A stretch of 29,313 nt of DNA, taken from positions 1-29,313 of the forward strand of contig JAZDIV010000012.1 of assembly GCA_043804695.1 (NCBI GenBank), given 5' to 3'. Below are positions 8,967 through 16,580 of the stretch, piece by piece. The notes under the pieces were generated by a model, which did no database searches, was not told where the DNA came from, and was given only the letters and a program-made list of their open reading frames with translations. Positions within the stretch are counted from its first letter, which is position 1, and each line of letters opens with the position of its first letter. The position numbers and the translations under genes are program-made. The stretch comes from PVC group bacterium (GTDB lineage Bacteria; Auribacterota; Erginobacteria; Erginobacterales; Erginobacteraceae).

Positions 8967-9494
8967 CTACCCCGATTCATCGGGGGTCGCTAATTTATGC
9001 GGTGTGTCCCGTCCAAAAAAATCCTTGGCCCAGGCAAAGTCGCAGCCGGCGTTTTCCGCGGCCTGCCGGTCGCTCTCCATGTCTCCCACGAACAGAGTAT
9101 CCTCGGTTCTCACGTCCCAGAAACGCATCAGCCGCCGCAGCATGAGTGGACCGGGCTTGCGGCACCCGCAATCGGAACGGGAGGAATGCGGGCAGATCTG
9201 CACGGAACCTTCCACCGGAGAAAAGCCGGCCGCCTGCGCCACCGTCTCCAGAAGCATCCGGTCCGCCAGCTCCTCGGTGAGATACCCCCGTTCTATCCCG
9301 GCCTGGTTGCTGGCGATCCCCAGTGCCGTCTTCCCCTTTCCCGGCGACCCCCACTGAATACCTGCCAGGGTTTCTTTCACCCCGGGGAGCAGCTCCCATT
9401 GATCGGGGGCATTGGGGCAGACCTGGCCGGGAACCGTGCAGCGGCGCAGGGTACCGTCGGCGTCAAAGATAATCAATTTTTTACCTTCCGGCAT
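8967..9494 (-). CDS. HAD-IIIA family phosphatase (GmhB/histidinol-phosphatase-like)
   Basis: IFDADGTL, ASNQAGI, CPH...CGCRKPGP, FVGDMESDRQAA. Start at ATG 9494 or TTG 9503. Confidence 0.9.
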   Translation of the reverse strand: MPEGKKLIIFDADGTLRRCTVPGQVCPNAPDQWELLPGVKETLAGIQWGSPGKGKTALGIASNQAGIERGYLTEELADRMLLETVAQAAGFSPVEGSVQICPHSSRSDCGCRKPGPLMLRRLMRFWDVRTEDTLFVGDMESDRQAAENAGCDFAWAKDFFGRDTPHKLATPDESG

Positions 9495-9632
9495 ATCAGG
9501 CAAATCTTCGAGTATCTTTTAAGGCTCTCTTCCGGTTTATGCTTTGTAGTGGTTAGGTGAGTATTAAGTAACTCCTTAAGTTTAATGACGTTCTTCCATT
9601 TTGGATGGGTTATAAAATTCTTTCCAAGCATT

Positions 9633-9740
9633 GTCATTGCGAGGCCGTAGGCCGAAGCAATCTCCTCTCACAGCAAGAGATACAAATCCTTCCAAGGTCT
9701 TCATGAGAGATTGCTTCGTCGCTCCGCTCCTCGCAATGAC
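9633..9740. repeat. REP-like palindromic element, family A
   Basis: GTCATTGCGAGGCCGTAGGCCGAAGCAATCTC ... GAGATTGCTTCGTCGCTCCGCTCCTCGCAATGAC. Confidence 0.88.
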
Positions 9741-9773
9741 CTGGGTTATGCGCGGTATCTTTGAGACGCAACA

Positions 9774-10628
9774 CTAGATTCTCCCTTCCTTTATCCGAGC
9801 ACGGATCAGGCCGATCTCGGTTGACCAGTCCTGCGTGACCGGGCATCCTTTCTTGTACCGGAAGTTACAGACGTTATCCCCCTGGGCCAGGGTTTTCGTT
9901 CGGTGAAGACCCGTCCCGTAGGTGCGGCTTCTGATGAAGTCGTTCAAACAGACAAACGGGGCGACTTCGCCTGCGCCGCAAGCTTTCAAGTATTTTACCA
10001 GCGCGCACTCGGAATAGTCATACCCGTAGTCAAAATCTTTTCCGTTGCCCGGGACAAAGGAAGCAACCCAGTTGGCGGGATATTCTTTTTTCTCGGTCCA
10101 GAAGGCCCATTTTTGTAACTTATCGATATAGCCGGGGGTAAACTTCTTCGCTCCCTCGGCCCGGGCGGCGGCTTCCGGGATCTGCCCCAATTCGATATCA
10201 TTAAGGTCGTAGATCATCTTCCCCAGCACGTTGGCCGGGATATCACGCTGCTTCAGGGGTCGGTAGAACGCCGCGTACCAGGCGATGATCGGTATTTCCA
10301 CGATCATGATATTTTTCTTTCCGCCCACGTCGGGCAGCAAAGGAAGCAGGGCTTCAAACTCCTTCTCCGCTTCCCGGGTGACGGCAATGGCGATCTCTTC
10401 CCCATATTTCGATGCCAGCCACTGCCGGGCCCCTTCATTGGTATCACGGAATGCTTTTATTATCTGGTCCCGGTTCAGGAGGTAATAGTTATCGGCCGGT
10501 GCCGATTCGTTTTCTGCGGCCGGAGATATAGCTCCGGAAACGGAGGAGAGGAGACAGCACCCGACACCTCCCAGGGACAACTTGAAGAAGGTCCTTCTTG
10601 AAATATTCCGTTTGGAATTAATATTCAT
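9774..10628 (-). CDS. L-2-amino-thiazoline-4-carboxylic acid hydrolase-like protein with twin-arginine signal
   Basis: SRRTFFK Tat motif then hydrophobic stretch; DYSECALVKY, PFVCLND, GLHRTKTLAQGDNVCNFRY match the ATC_hydrolase pattern. Confidence 0.75.
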   Translation of the reverse strand: MNINSKRNISRRTFFKLSLGGVGCCLLSSVSGAISPAAENESAPADNYYLLNRDQIIKAFRDTNEGARQWLASKYGEEIAIAVTREAEKEFEALLPLLPDVGGKKNIMIVEIPIIAWYAAFYRPLKQRDIPANVLGKMIYDLNDIELGQIPEAAARAEGAKKFTPGYIDKLQKWAFWTEKKEYPANWVASFVPGNGKDFDYGYDYSECALVKYLKACGAGEVAPFVCLNDFIRSRTYGTGLHRTKTLAQGDNVCNFRYKKGCPVTQDWSTEIGLIRARIKEGRI

Positions 10629-10647
10629 TGATCCATTTTTTCTGCTC

Positions 10648-10752
10648 TTACATTGGTTGATCGAATTCGTTTCTGTGCCGGACCGTCCCGGCTACTCCCT
10701 CCATCGCCTGTTTGTTAAGAATCAGGACCATAAAGGCCTCGTCGGGCGGGTT
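10648..10752 (-). pseudogene. 3' remnant of a YhbS-like GNAT acetyltransferase
   Basis: Hand translation NPPDEAFMVLILNKQAMEGVAGTVRHRNEFDQPM*; similarity stops at the IS66-like end at 10753. Confidence 0.6.
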
Positions 10753-11889
10753 GTAAGCTTTCAGTGAACCCGTAGCTGCCATTTATATTTTGTACTGAAC
10801 ACAAGTACCCTGCCTATATACAATGGGGGCATGATTACCAAAGTCTCCGTCTCCGAAACTCATGGCACAATTATTGAACTTCGTCAACAAGCCAATTACT
10901 GGCAGGCACAACATGCTCGTGCGATTGAACGGGGAGCGGCCTGGAAGAAGCGGGCATTGGAAGCTGAAAAGAATGTACGCCACCAGACAGTCCAGCTGGT
11001 TGAAAAATACCAACAGATCGAAGCCTTGAAGGCCAGGATTGGTTGGTTGCAGCAACAGTTGTTTGGACGGAAAACCGAACAAATAAAAAGCTCTGCTCGC
11101 GACTCGCATAGTAGTGAGCAGAAGTACTTTGAGTCCCCGGATAAGCGGCGCCAGCGTGGCAAACAACCGGGAGCTAAAGGCCATGGCCGAAAACTTCACA
11201 AGGAACTCCCGACTGAGGAGGTTGACCACGACTTGCCACAAGATGAGAAGAGCTGTTCCACTTGCGGCAAGCCCTACATAGCTTTTTCCGGCACTGAAGA
11301 TTCCGATGAGATTCACTGGGAGGTTCGTCTGATCCGCCGCGTTCATAAACAAGCGGATAGATCGTATCGCTATTGCGGCCGTATTTTTACCGCCGAAGAT
11401 CTTGACCTGATCCGTCGGCTTATTGACTCCAACCCTGAACGGAACCGCGCCCGGCTATCCCGTCTGGTCTGTGATACATTAGCCTGGTTGCGACCGGATG
11501 GCCGCCGGAAAGATATGTCTTGCCGGGTAGCCATGCTCCGCATGCACCGGGACGGCCTCATTAATCTCCCTCCACCCCGACAGGTCAACGGCAATGGGCA
11601 CACCCGGTCCCGACTGACCGGAGCATCTGATCCTCAAAAACCCATTTCACTTCCAGTAGACACCTTTGAAACCTTTGTTGAGAAAGACCGCTTCCAAGGC
11701 ACTTGCTACCGTGCGGCTAACTGGATCCAGGTTGGAGAAACCCAGGGACGGGGAAAACTTGATCGGAACAACCGCCGCTCTCTCCCCGTGAAAAACATAT
11801 TCCTTTCATACTACAAAACCAGAACTCTCTTAAAGGAAAGGATTCTGACTGATATTTCCGCGTTAGCCGATTCGAAAAAAAGGAGATAA
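10753..11889 (+). mobile_element. Decayed IS66-family element; chimeric ORF 10831-11889 (TnpC N-terminus fused to internally deleted DUF4338 protein)
   Basis: IS66-like end GTAAGCTTTCAGTGAACCC at 10753; coiled coil, LFGRKTEQ, RGKQPGAKGHGR, CSTCG; then RYCGR...MSCRVAMLRMHRDGLINLPPPR and ETFVEKDRFQGTCYRAANWIQVGETQGRGK. No DDE domain; right end not found. Confidence 0.78.
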
Positions 11890-11978
11890 CCAATTTACTG
11901 AAGCAGGATCTTGAAGCAGTTGCCCTGTCCCCCCGGTCTGGATAGATGGAATGCATATAGAAAAATCCGATTGATTCC

Positions 11979-12290
11979 ATAATTCCGGGGACGCAATACT
12001 AAATTCCAGAAGTAACCAAAGTATCCTCAGTTACCAAGGGGAGCATTAAATAGATTAATCTGTCATTGCGAGGAGCGAAGCGACGAAGCAATCCGATGCG
12101 AAGCATCGTCCTGAGTGAAACGAAGGATCTCTTTTGAATAAGTATAGATCCTTCACTACGTTCAGGATGACCCTTCGGGTCAGATTGCTTCGCTTCGCTC
12201 GCAATGACTTTTCGCCGGTTATTAATCTAATTCACGCCCGGAGTAGTAATATTCGTTGTGTCCCCGGAATTATTTGTCCCCGGAATTATT
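11979..12290. repeat. Nested palindromic repeat complex (outer 14-bp IR, family A, inner family B)
   Basis: ATAATTCCGGGGAC (11979-11992) vs GTCCCCGGAATTAT (12260-12273, 12276-12289); family A arms 12062-12093 and 12183-12208; inner GTCCTGAGTGAAACGAAGGATCT ... AGATCCTTCACTACGTTCAGGATGAC. Confidence 0.85.
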
Positions 12291-13428
12291 GGTCGGAACG
12301 GTCGAGCCAGTTGGCGCGGATCCATTCCACCATCTCTTCGGTGTTGCGGCGGGTGCCTTTCACGTTTACATGCCGCATGTCGATGCAGAGCTCGTTGGGA
12401 TAGAAGCGCGTGAACGGCTCGTAGATGCTCACCCAGGGATATGGCTCGATCACTTCTTTTAAGTCCGCTTCCAGCTTGTCCATGGCGGCCGTTATCGCCC
12501 CGGTGTTCCCCTGTTCGGGCAGGGGATTGAAGAGGATGAGGACCGGGAATCCGTGCTCTCGGCCCAGCTCGAATATCCGCTTCAGCCCCTCCACGCAGTC
12601 CGGGTTGAACCGGGGCTCCCAGACGAGGCCGTCCCCCAGTTCCTCCTCCAGGTCGACTTCCTGGGGATCGGGCAGTGACCCGCGATTCTCCCAGAGCTCC
12701 TTTCGGATCTCGTTGTCCGACGCGAACCTTCCCCGGGGCACATCCAGCCCGGTATAAGAGACGCTTTCCTTCCCCAGGGCCAGGATGACGTTCCTGATCT
12801 TCTGCCGGTGGCGCATACTGGGCAGCAGGTAGCGAACGGTCTCCGGCGCCGCCAGCCATTCCCGAAGGCGGCCGACCCAGGTCCTGACGGCCTTTTTATC
12901 CCGGCCGGCCGTAAAGGAATAGTGGGAGGTGTGATAGACCAGGAACCGGGGCGGCCCGTTGCGCTCGATGAAGAGCTTGAGGATGTCGGCCTGTCCGGTT
13001 GTGTAGATGAAACCGAAGGTGCCCAGGTTCCAGGTCTTGAGGCCGGTCCGCTCCATGAGGAGATTTGACTCCAGGCCGACCAGGCAGGCGCTGTCGCCCA
13101 GGAGCAGGAGGTCCTGCTGTTCCCCCACCAGCGTCGCGTGCGCCACCTGCCACTGCACGATGCTTTCGGCGATGTCGGGGGGCACGTTCGGGTGGTAGAG
13201 CCGGTGCCGGACGAGGTCCTTGTGAACGGTCTGCGGCAGGAGGGCCACGAGCAGTTCGATGGCCAGTATTATGCCCGCGGCCGCCAGCAGCGCGGCGGGC
13301 AGGCGACGTCGGCCGACGATCTGTGCTATTTCCCTGTTTCGTAATTTCAATAGTCGGAAAAATCCGATTATTGAACTCCCGAAACAGTCGATAAAGTAAC
13401 TGAAACACCATATTTTTTTGTGCTTCAT
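12286..13428 (-). CDS. Membrane-anchored SGNH-like protein, probable partner of the MBOAT (AlgJ/DltD/PatB-type role)
   Basis: TM helix, LLLGDSA motif, C-terminal DMRH (DxxH); directly downstream of the MBOAT. Start uncertain (ATG 13428 or TTG 13350). Confidence 0.72.
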   Translation of the reverse strand: MKHKKIWCFSYFIDCFGSSIIGFFRLLKLRNREIAQIVGRRRLPAALLAAAGIILAIELLVALLPQTVHKDLVRHRLYHPNVPPDIAESIVQWQVAHATLVGEQQDLLLLGDSACLVGLESNLLMERTGLKTWNLGTFGFIYTTGQADILKLFIERNGPPRFLVYHTSHYSFTAGRDKKAVRTWVGRLREWLAAPETVRYLLPSMRHRQKIRNVILALGKESVSYTGLDVPRGRFASDNEIRKELWENRGSLPDPQEVDLEEELGDGLVWEPRFNPDCVEGLKRIFELGREHGFPVLILFNPLPEQGNTGAITAAMDKLEADLKEVIEPYPWVSIYEPFTRFYPNELCIDMRHVNVKGTRRNTEEMVEWIRANWLDRSDQ

Positions 13429-13524
13429 GTGACTCTGGGCTTGTCGTTAAGGATTGAGCAGTTGGTCACGAACTAATTCCATGATCTTTATCAATGTAAC
13501 CCACGACAAAAAGTGAAAACCCGC

Positions 13525-13551
13525 TAAATTAGCGGCGAAGCCGCTAATTTA
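13525..13551. repeat. Perfect 12-bp hairpin, family C, overlapping the MBOAT stop codon
   Basis: TAAATTAGCGGC-GAA-GCCGCTAATTTA. Confidence 0.85.
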
Positions 13552-14979
13552 AAATTGAAAGTAGATGAAGTCATTATTTCCCGGTGCACCGAAGAGGACG
13601 ATGCCGTAGAAGAGAGCCACGTAAAATCCGGCCCGTATCCACCACGGCCAGGTCACCCACGGCTCGGGTGATCGCCGGTAATACTGGTAGATCTGGAAAA
13701 CGGCCAGGGGAAGCCCGGCGGCCGCCACCATCAGGAGCATGGGACCGCAGAGCGGCTCCCAGAAAGCCCCTGTGCCCATTGCCGCCATCAGTCTCCCTGC
13801 GTGAGACATGTCGGCGGCACGGAAGAGCAGCCATCCGAAACAGACCAGGTGAAAGAAGACCAGGACCGACAGCCAAAAGCGGGGGCCCTTTCGGACCTCG
13901 AATGTGCGTTCCCTGGCCTGTCGCGGGGTCTCACCCAGGCGATAGACGATAAGCAGCAGACCGTGAAAGGCGCCCCAGGCGACGAAGTGCCAGGAGGCTC
14001 CGTGCCAGAGACCACCGAGCAGCATGGTGATCGCCAGGTTGCGCAGGGTCATCAAACGTCCGTGCCGGCTGCCCCCCAGGGGGATGTAGAGGTAGTCGCG
14101 CAGCCAGGTTGAGAGGCTGATGTGCCAGCGCTGCCAGAAGTCACTGGGGTTGGTGGCCAGGTAGGGCAGGCGGAAGTTCACGCAGATGTCGAAACCGAGC
14201 ATGCGCGCGGTGCCCCGGGCGATGTCCGTGTAGCCGGAAAAGTCGCAGTAGATCTGCAGCGCGAAGGCGTACGTCCCCAGGAGTACCGCCGCCCCGCAGT
14301 GGTCACCCGGTCCATAGACGCTGTTGACCAGGACGGCCATGTTGTCGGCTATCACCAGTTTCTTGAACAGCCCCACGAACGTCAATTGCGCTCCGCTGTA
14401 GAAACCTTCTAACGTAGGGTGCCGCGGATTGAGGATCTGGGGCAGGAGATGGGCGCCCCGCTCGATCGGGCCGGCGACGAGTTGCGTGAAGAGGCTCACG
14501 TAGAGCATCAGGTCCGGCAGGCTCGTGGTGGCGCGCAGCCGACCCCGGTAGACGTCGATCGTATAGCTCATGGTCTGGAAGGTGTAGAAGGAGATACCGA
14601 CCGGCAGGATGATCTTCCAGGTCGGCAGATGCAGTTCAATTCCCACCTCACCGGCCAGGGCGACCAATGATTCGGCGAAGAAATCGAAATACTTGAAGAA
14701 ACCCAGGACCGTCAGGTTCGTGACGATGCTGACGATCAAGACCAGTTTGCGCTGCCGGGGGGAAAAATCGGGATGACGGTCGCGATCAACCAGCAGTGCG
14801 CAGACATAGTCCACCACGCTCGACAATAGCAGCAGCCCCAAAAACCGCCAGTCCCACCAGCCGTAAAAGACGTAGCTGGCGATCAGAAGGAAGCGGTTCT
14901 GCCAGCGGTGGTTGAGCAGGAAGTAGACTGCCAGGACAACGGCGAAGAAAACGCCGAAATCTACGGTCGCGAAATTCAT
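13549..14979 (-). CDS. MBOAT family O-acyltransferase (AlgI/PatA-like)
   Basis: ILPVGISFYTFQTMSYTIDVYRG, QLVAGPIER, QIYCDFSGYTDIA, FWQRWHISLSTWLRDYLYIPLGG, GLWHGA, C-terminal FIYFQF. Confidence 0.96.
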   Translation of the reverse strand: MNFATVDFGVFFAVVLAVYFLLNHRWQNRFLLIASYVFYGWWDWRFLGLLLLSSVVDYVCALLVDRDRHPDFSPRQRKLVLIVSIVTNLTVLGFFKYFDFFAESLVALAGEVGIELHLPTWKIILPVGISFYTFQTMSYTIDVYRGRLRATTSLPDLMLYVSLFTQLVAGPIERGAHLLPQILNPRHPTLEGFYSGAQLTFVGLFKKLVIADNMAVLVNSVYGPGDHCGAAVLLGTYAFALQIYCDFSGYTDIARGTARMLGFDICVNFRLPYLATNPSDFWQRWHISLSTWLRDYLYIPLGGSRHGRLMTLRNLAITMLLGGLWHGASWHFVAWGAFHGLLLIVYRLGETPRQARERTFEVRKGPRFWLSVLVFFHLVCFGWLLFRAADMSHAGRLMAAMGTGAFWEPLCGPMLLMVAAAGLPLAVFQIYQYYRRSPEPWVTWPWWIRAGFYVALFYGIVLFGAPGNNDFIYFQF

Positions 14980-14981
14980 AA

Positions 14982-15008
14982 TAAATTAGCGCCTCCGGCA
15001 CTAATTTA
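14982..15008. repeat. Family C hairpin immediately upstream of the MBOAT start codon
   Basis: TAAATTAGCGCC-TCC-GGCACTAATTTA (one mismatch); contains GGAGG on the minus strand. Confidence 0.8.
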
Positions 15009-15229
15009 GTTAATTACTTTTTTCTAAAATGAATTGAGATTGATTATGCCGATTATATTAGCTCTAATCCAACGATTCACGTCGAAGAGTCAATCTTGAT
15101 CGCATTATAGTATGTCGCCTCTCATTATAGATAAGACTGGCGTTTCAGGTAAATGAGAATAAACAAGCGGCGATCTCACGGCAAAGCGCTTTTAAAATAG
15201 ATCCGGCGTCCTTTTGGATACGAAGCCTG

Positions 15230-15507
15230 GGGACGCCAATGGCGTCCCACATCATAGCCCAGGGTGCAATCCTGGAAATCAGGACCAACCACAACTCGCC
15301 TTCCAGGTCACTTGAACGGGGTGCCATATTCGCTCCGCCGGGTCCCCTGTGGAATCGTCGCGATTTATTTCGATTCGATATGATGTTTCCCTTTCGACTT
15401 CGCTCAGGGCCGGCTACCCTTTCAGGGTGCCGGGGTGGTGTTTGGTTTCCGATTTTCCCCGGCGAGACTCGCCGGGCTATGATGTTCCACCCCGTTGGGG
15501 TGGAACA
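15230..15507. repeat. Non-coding multi-hairpin element with inverted hairpin-core-hairpin ends
   Basis: GGGACGCC-AAT-GGCGTCCC then ACATCATAGCCC (15249-15260); exact reverse complement GGGCTATGATGT (15474-15485) next to TGTTCCACCCC-GTT-GGGGTGGAACA. Confidence 0.65.
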
Positions 15508-15750
15508 GTGAAACATAAACCAGGTAAGGAGTGAGTCTTATTAGAAGTGAAACTGCCGCTCAAGTTATTTCATCAGCCCGAAGGTCGGATGAAATCTTTC
15601 TGGTCTGCGACCGGGTACAGAAAGCGACCGTGCCATCGTGGCTCCCGGCATGGCTGGACTGGGTGCCGGAAGAATAAACGGCTGAACTGAGACTTAGCCC
15701 GGGCGGTTTATACTGTATCTTAAAGAATTGCTTAAAAATTGCCACAGCTG

Positions 15751-15779
15751 TTGACATAAGGCACACGCCAAGCTAATAT
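15751..15779 (+). promoter_or_regulatory. Sigma70-type promoter of the toxin-antitoxin pair
   Basis: TTGACA (15751-15756), 17 bp, TAATAT (15774-15779). Confidence 0.6.
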
Positions 15780-15787
15780 AAAATAAT

Positions 15788-16057
15788 ATGAGTGAATTCG
15801 ATTGGAGCGAAGAAAAGAACGAGCATCTTGAACATACCCGTGGTGTGTGTTTTGAGGATGTCGTAGTGTCCATTCAGAATGGTGGAGTTCTCGACGTGAT
15901 AAGGCACCTCAATCAGAAACGCTATCCGGGCCAGAACATTATCGTTCTCAACGTGGAAGGCTACATGTGGCTGGTTCCGTACATAAAAAAAACGGGGAAA
16001 CGCTTTCTCAAGACGATTATTCCAAGTCGCAAAGCAACGCGGGAGTATATCGCATGA
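15788..16057 (+). CDS. Type II toxin, BrnT-like ribonuclease
   Basis: 89 aa; FDWSEEKNEHL..TRGVCFEDV, C-terminal FLKTIIPSRKATREY; ATGA overlap with the next gene. Confidence 0.8.
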   Translation: MSEFDWSEEKNEHLEHTRGVCFEDVVVSIQNGGVLDVIRHLNQKRYPGQNIIVLNVEGYMWLVPYIKKTGKRFLKTIIPSRKATREYIA

Positions 16058-16338
16058 AGAAGAATCAGATGCGGTTTGACAAAGAGGAACTTCAGATACT
16101 GCGGGACTTCGAGAAAGATGAATTTCAGAGCATCCGCAACTTTAAAGCGGAGAAGCGGTGGTTAGAAGCCGCAGCCCGCGATGCTCTCCAGAAGGATAAG
16201 CGGATCAATATACGGATCTCATCGAGAGATCTGGAACGTATTCAAAAGCGTGCCGCCCGTGAGGGGATTCCCTATCAGACCTATATTGCCGGATCCCTGC
16301 ATAAGCTGGTTACGGGACGCCTGAAAGAGAAGGTCTAA
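16054..16338 (+). CDS. Cognate antitoxin (BrnA/CopG-like ribbon-helix-helix)
   Basis: ATG 16054 overlaps the toxin stop; KDKRINIRISSRDLERIQKRAAREGIPYQTYI. Confidence 0.82.
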   Translation: MKKNQMRFDKEELQILRDFEKDEFQSIRNFKAEKRWLEAAARDALQKDKRINIRISSRDLERIQKRAAREGIPYQTYIAGSLHKLVTGRLKEKV

Positions 16339-16382
16339 CAAAAACACCTTCAATGATATGTTTTTTCTCGAAAGCGGGTGAA

Positions 16383-16524
16383 ATATTAATCCGACCGTTG
16401 TAGTATTTACATCAACGATTGCAGTCATTGCGGGCGCAGCGAAGCAATCTCTTGCTGTGCATAGAGTTGAGATTGCTTCGTCGCTTTGCTCCTCGCAATG
16501 ACATGTCCATACAATTATGGACTG
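16383..16524. repeat. Family A element, near-identical inverted copy of 1-142
   Basis: Reverse complement of 1-142 including spacer and flanks, 4 mismatches by my count. Confidence 0.92.
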
Positions 16525-16580
16525 ACTAATATATACCGTACTGGATTTCTGGTGTTTTTGTGAACAATTCGGGAAAAAAG

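Noticed and set aside
11360..11810. Druantia anti-phage system
   Set aside because: Only a deleted DUF4338 fragment inside an IS remnant; no DruE helicase or other dru genes.
11890..12040. Right terminal inverted repeat of the IS66 element
   Set aside because: Candidates near 11893 (TTTACTGAAGC) and 12027 (CTCAGTTAC) match the left end too weakly and no target duplication follows.
15145..15766. ORFs 15145-15516, 15239-15511, 15349-15534 and 15560-15766 as genes
   Set aside because: They cross the hairpin element or have no recognisable motif; a small gene remnant near 15570-15680 cannot be excluded but is unsupported.
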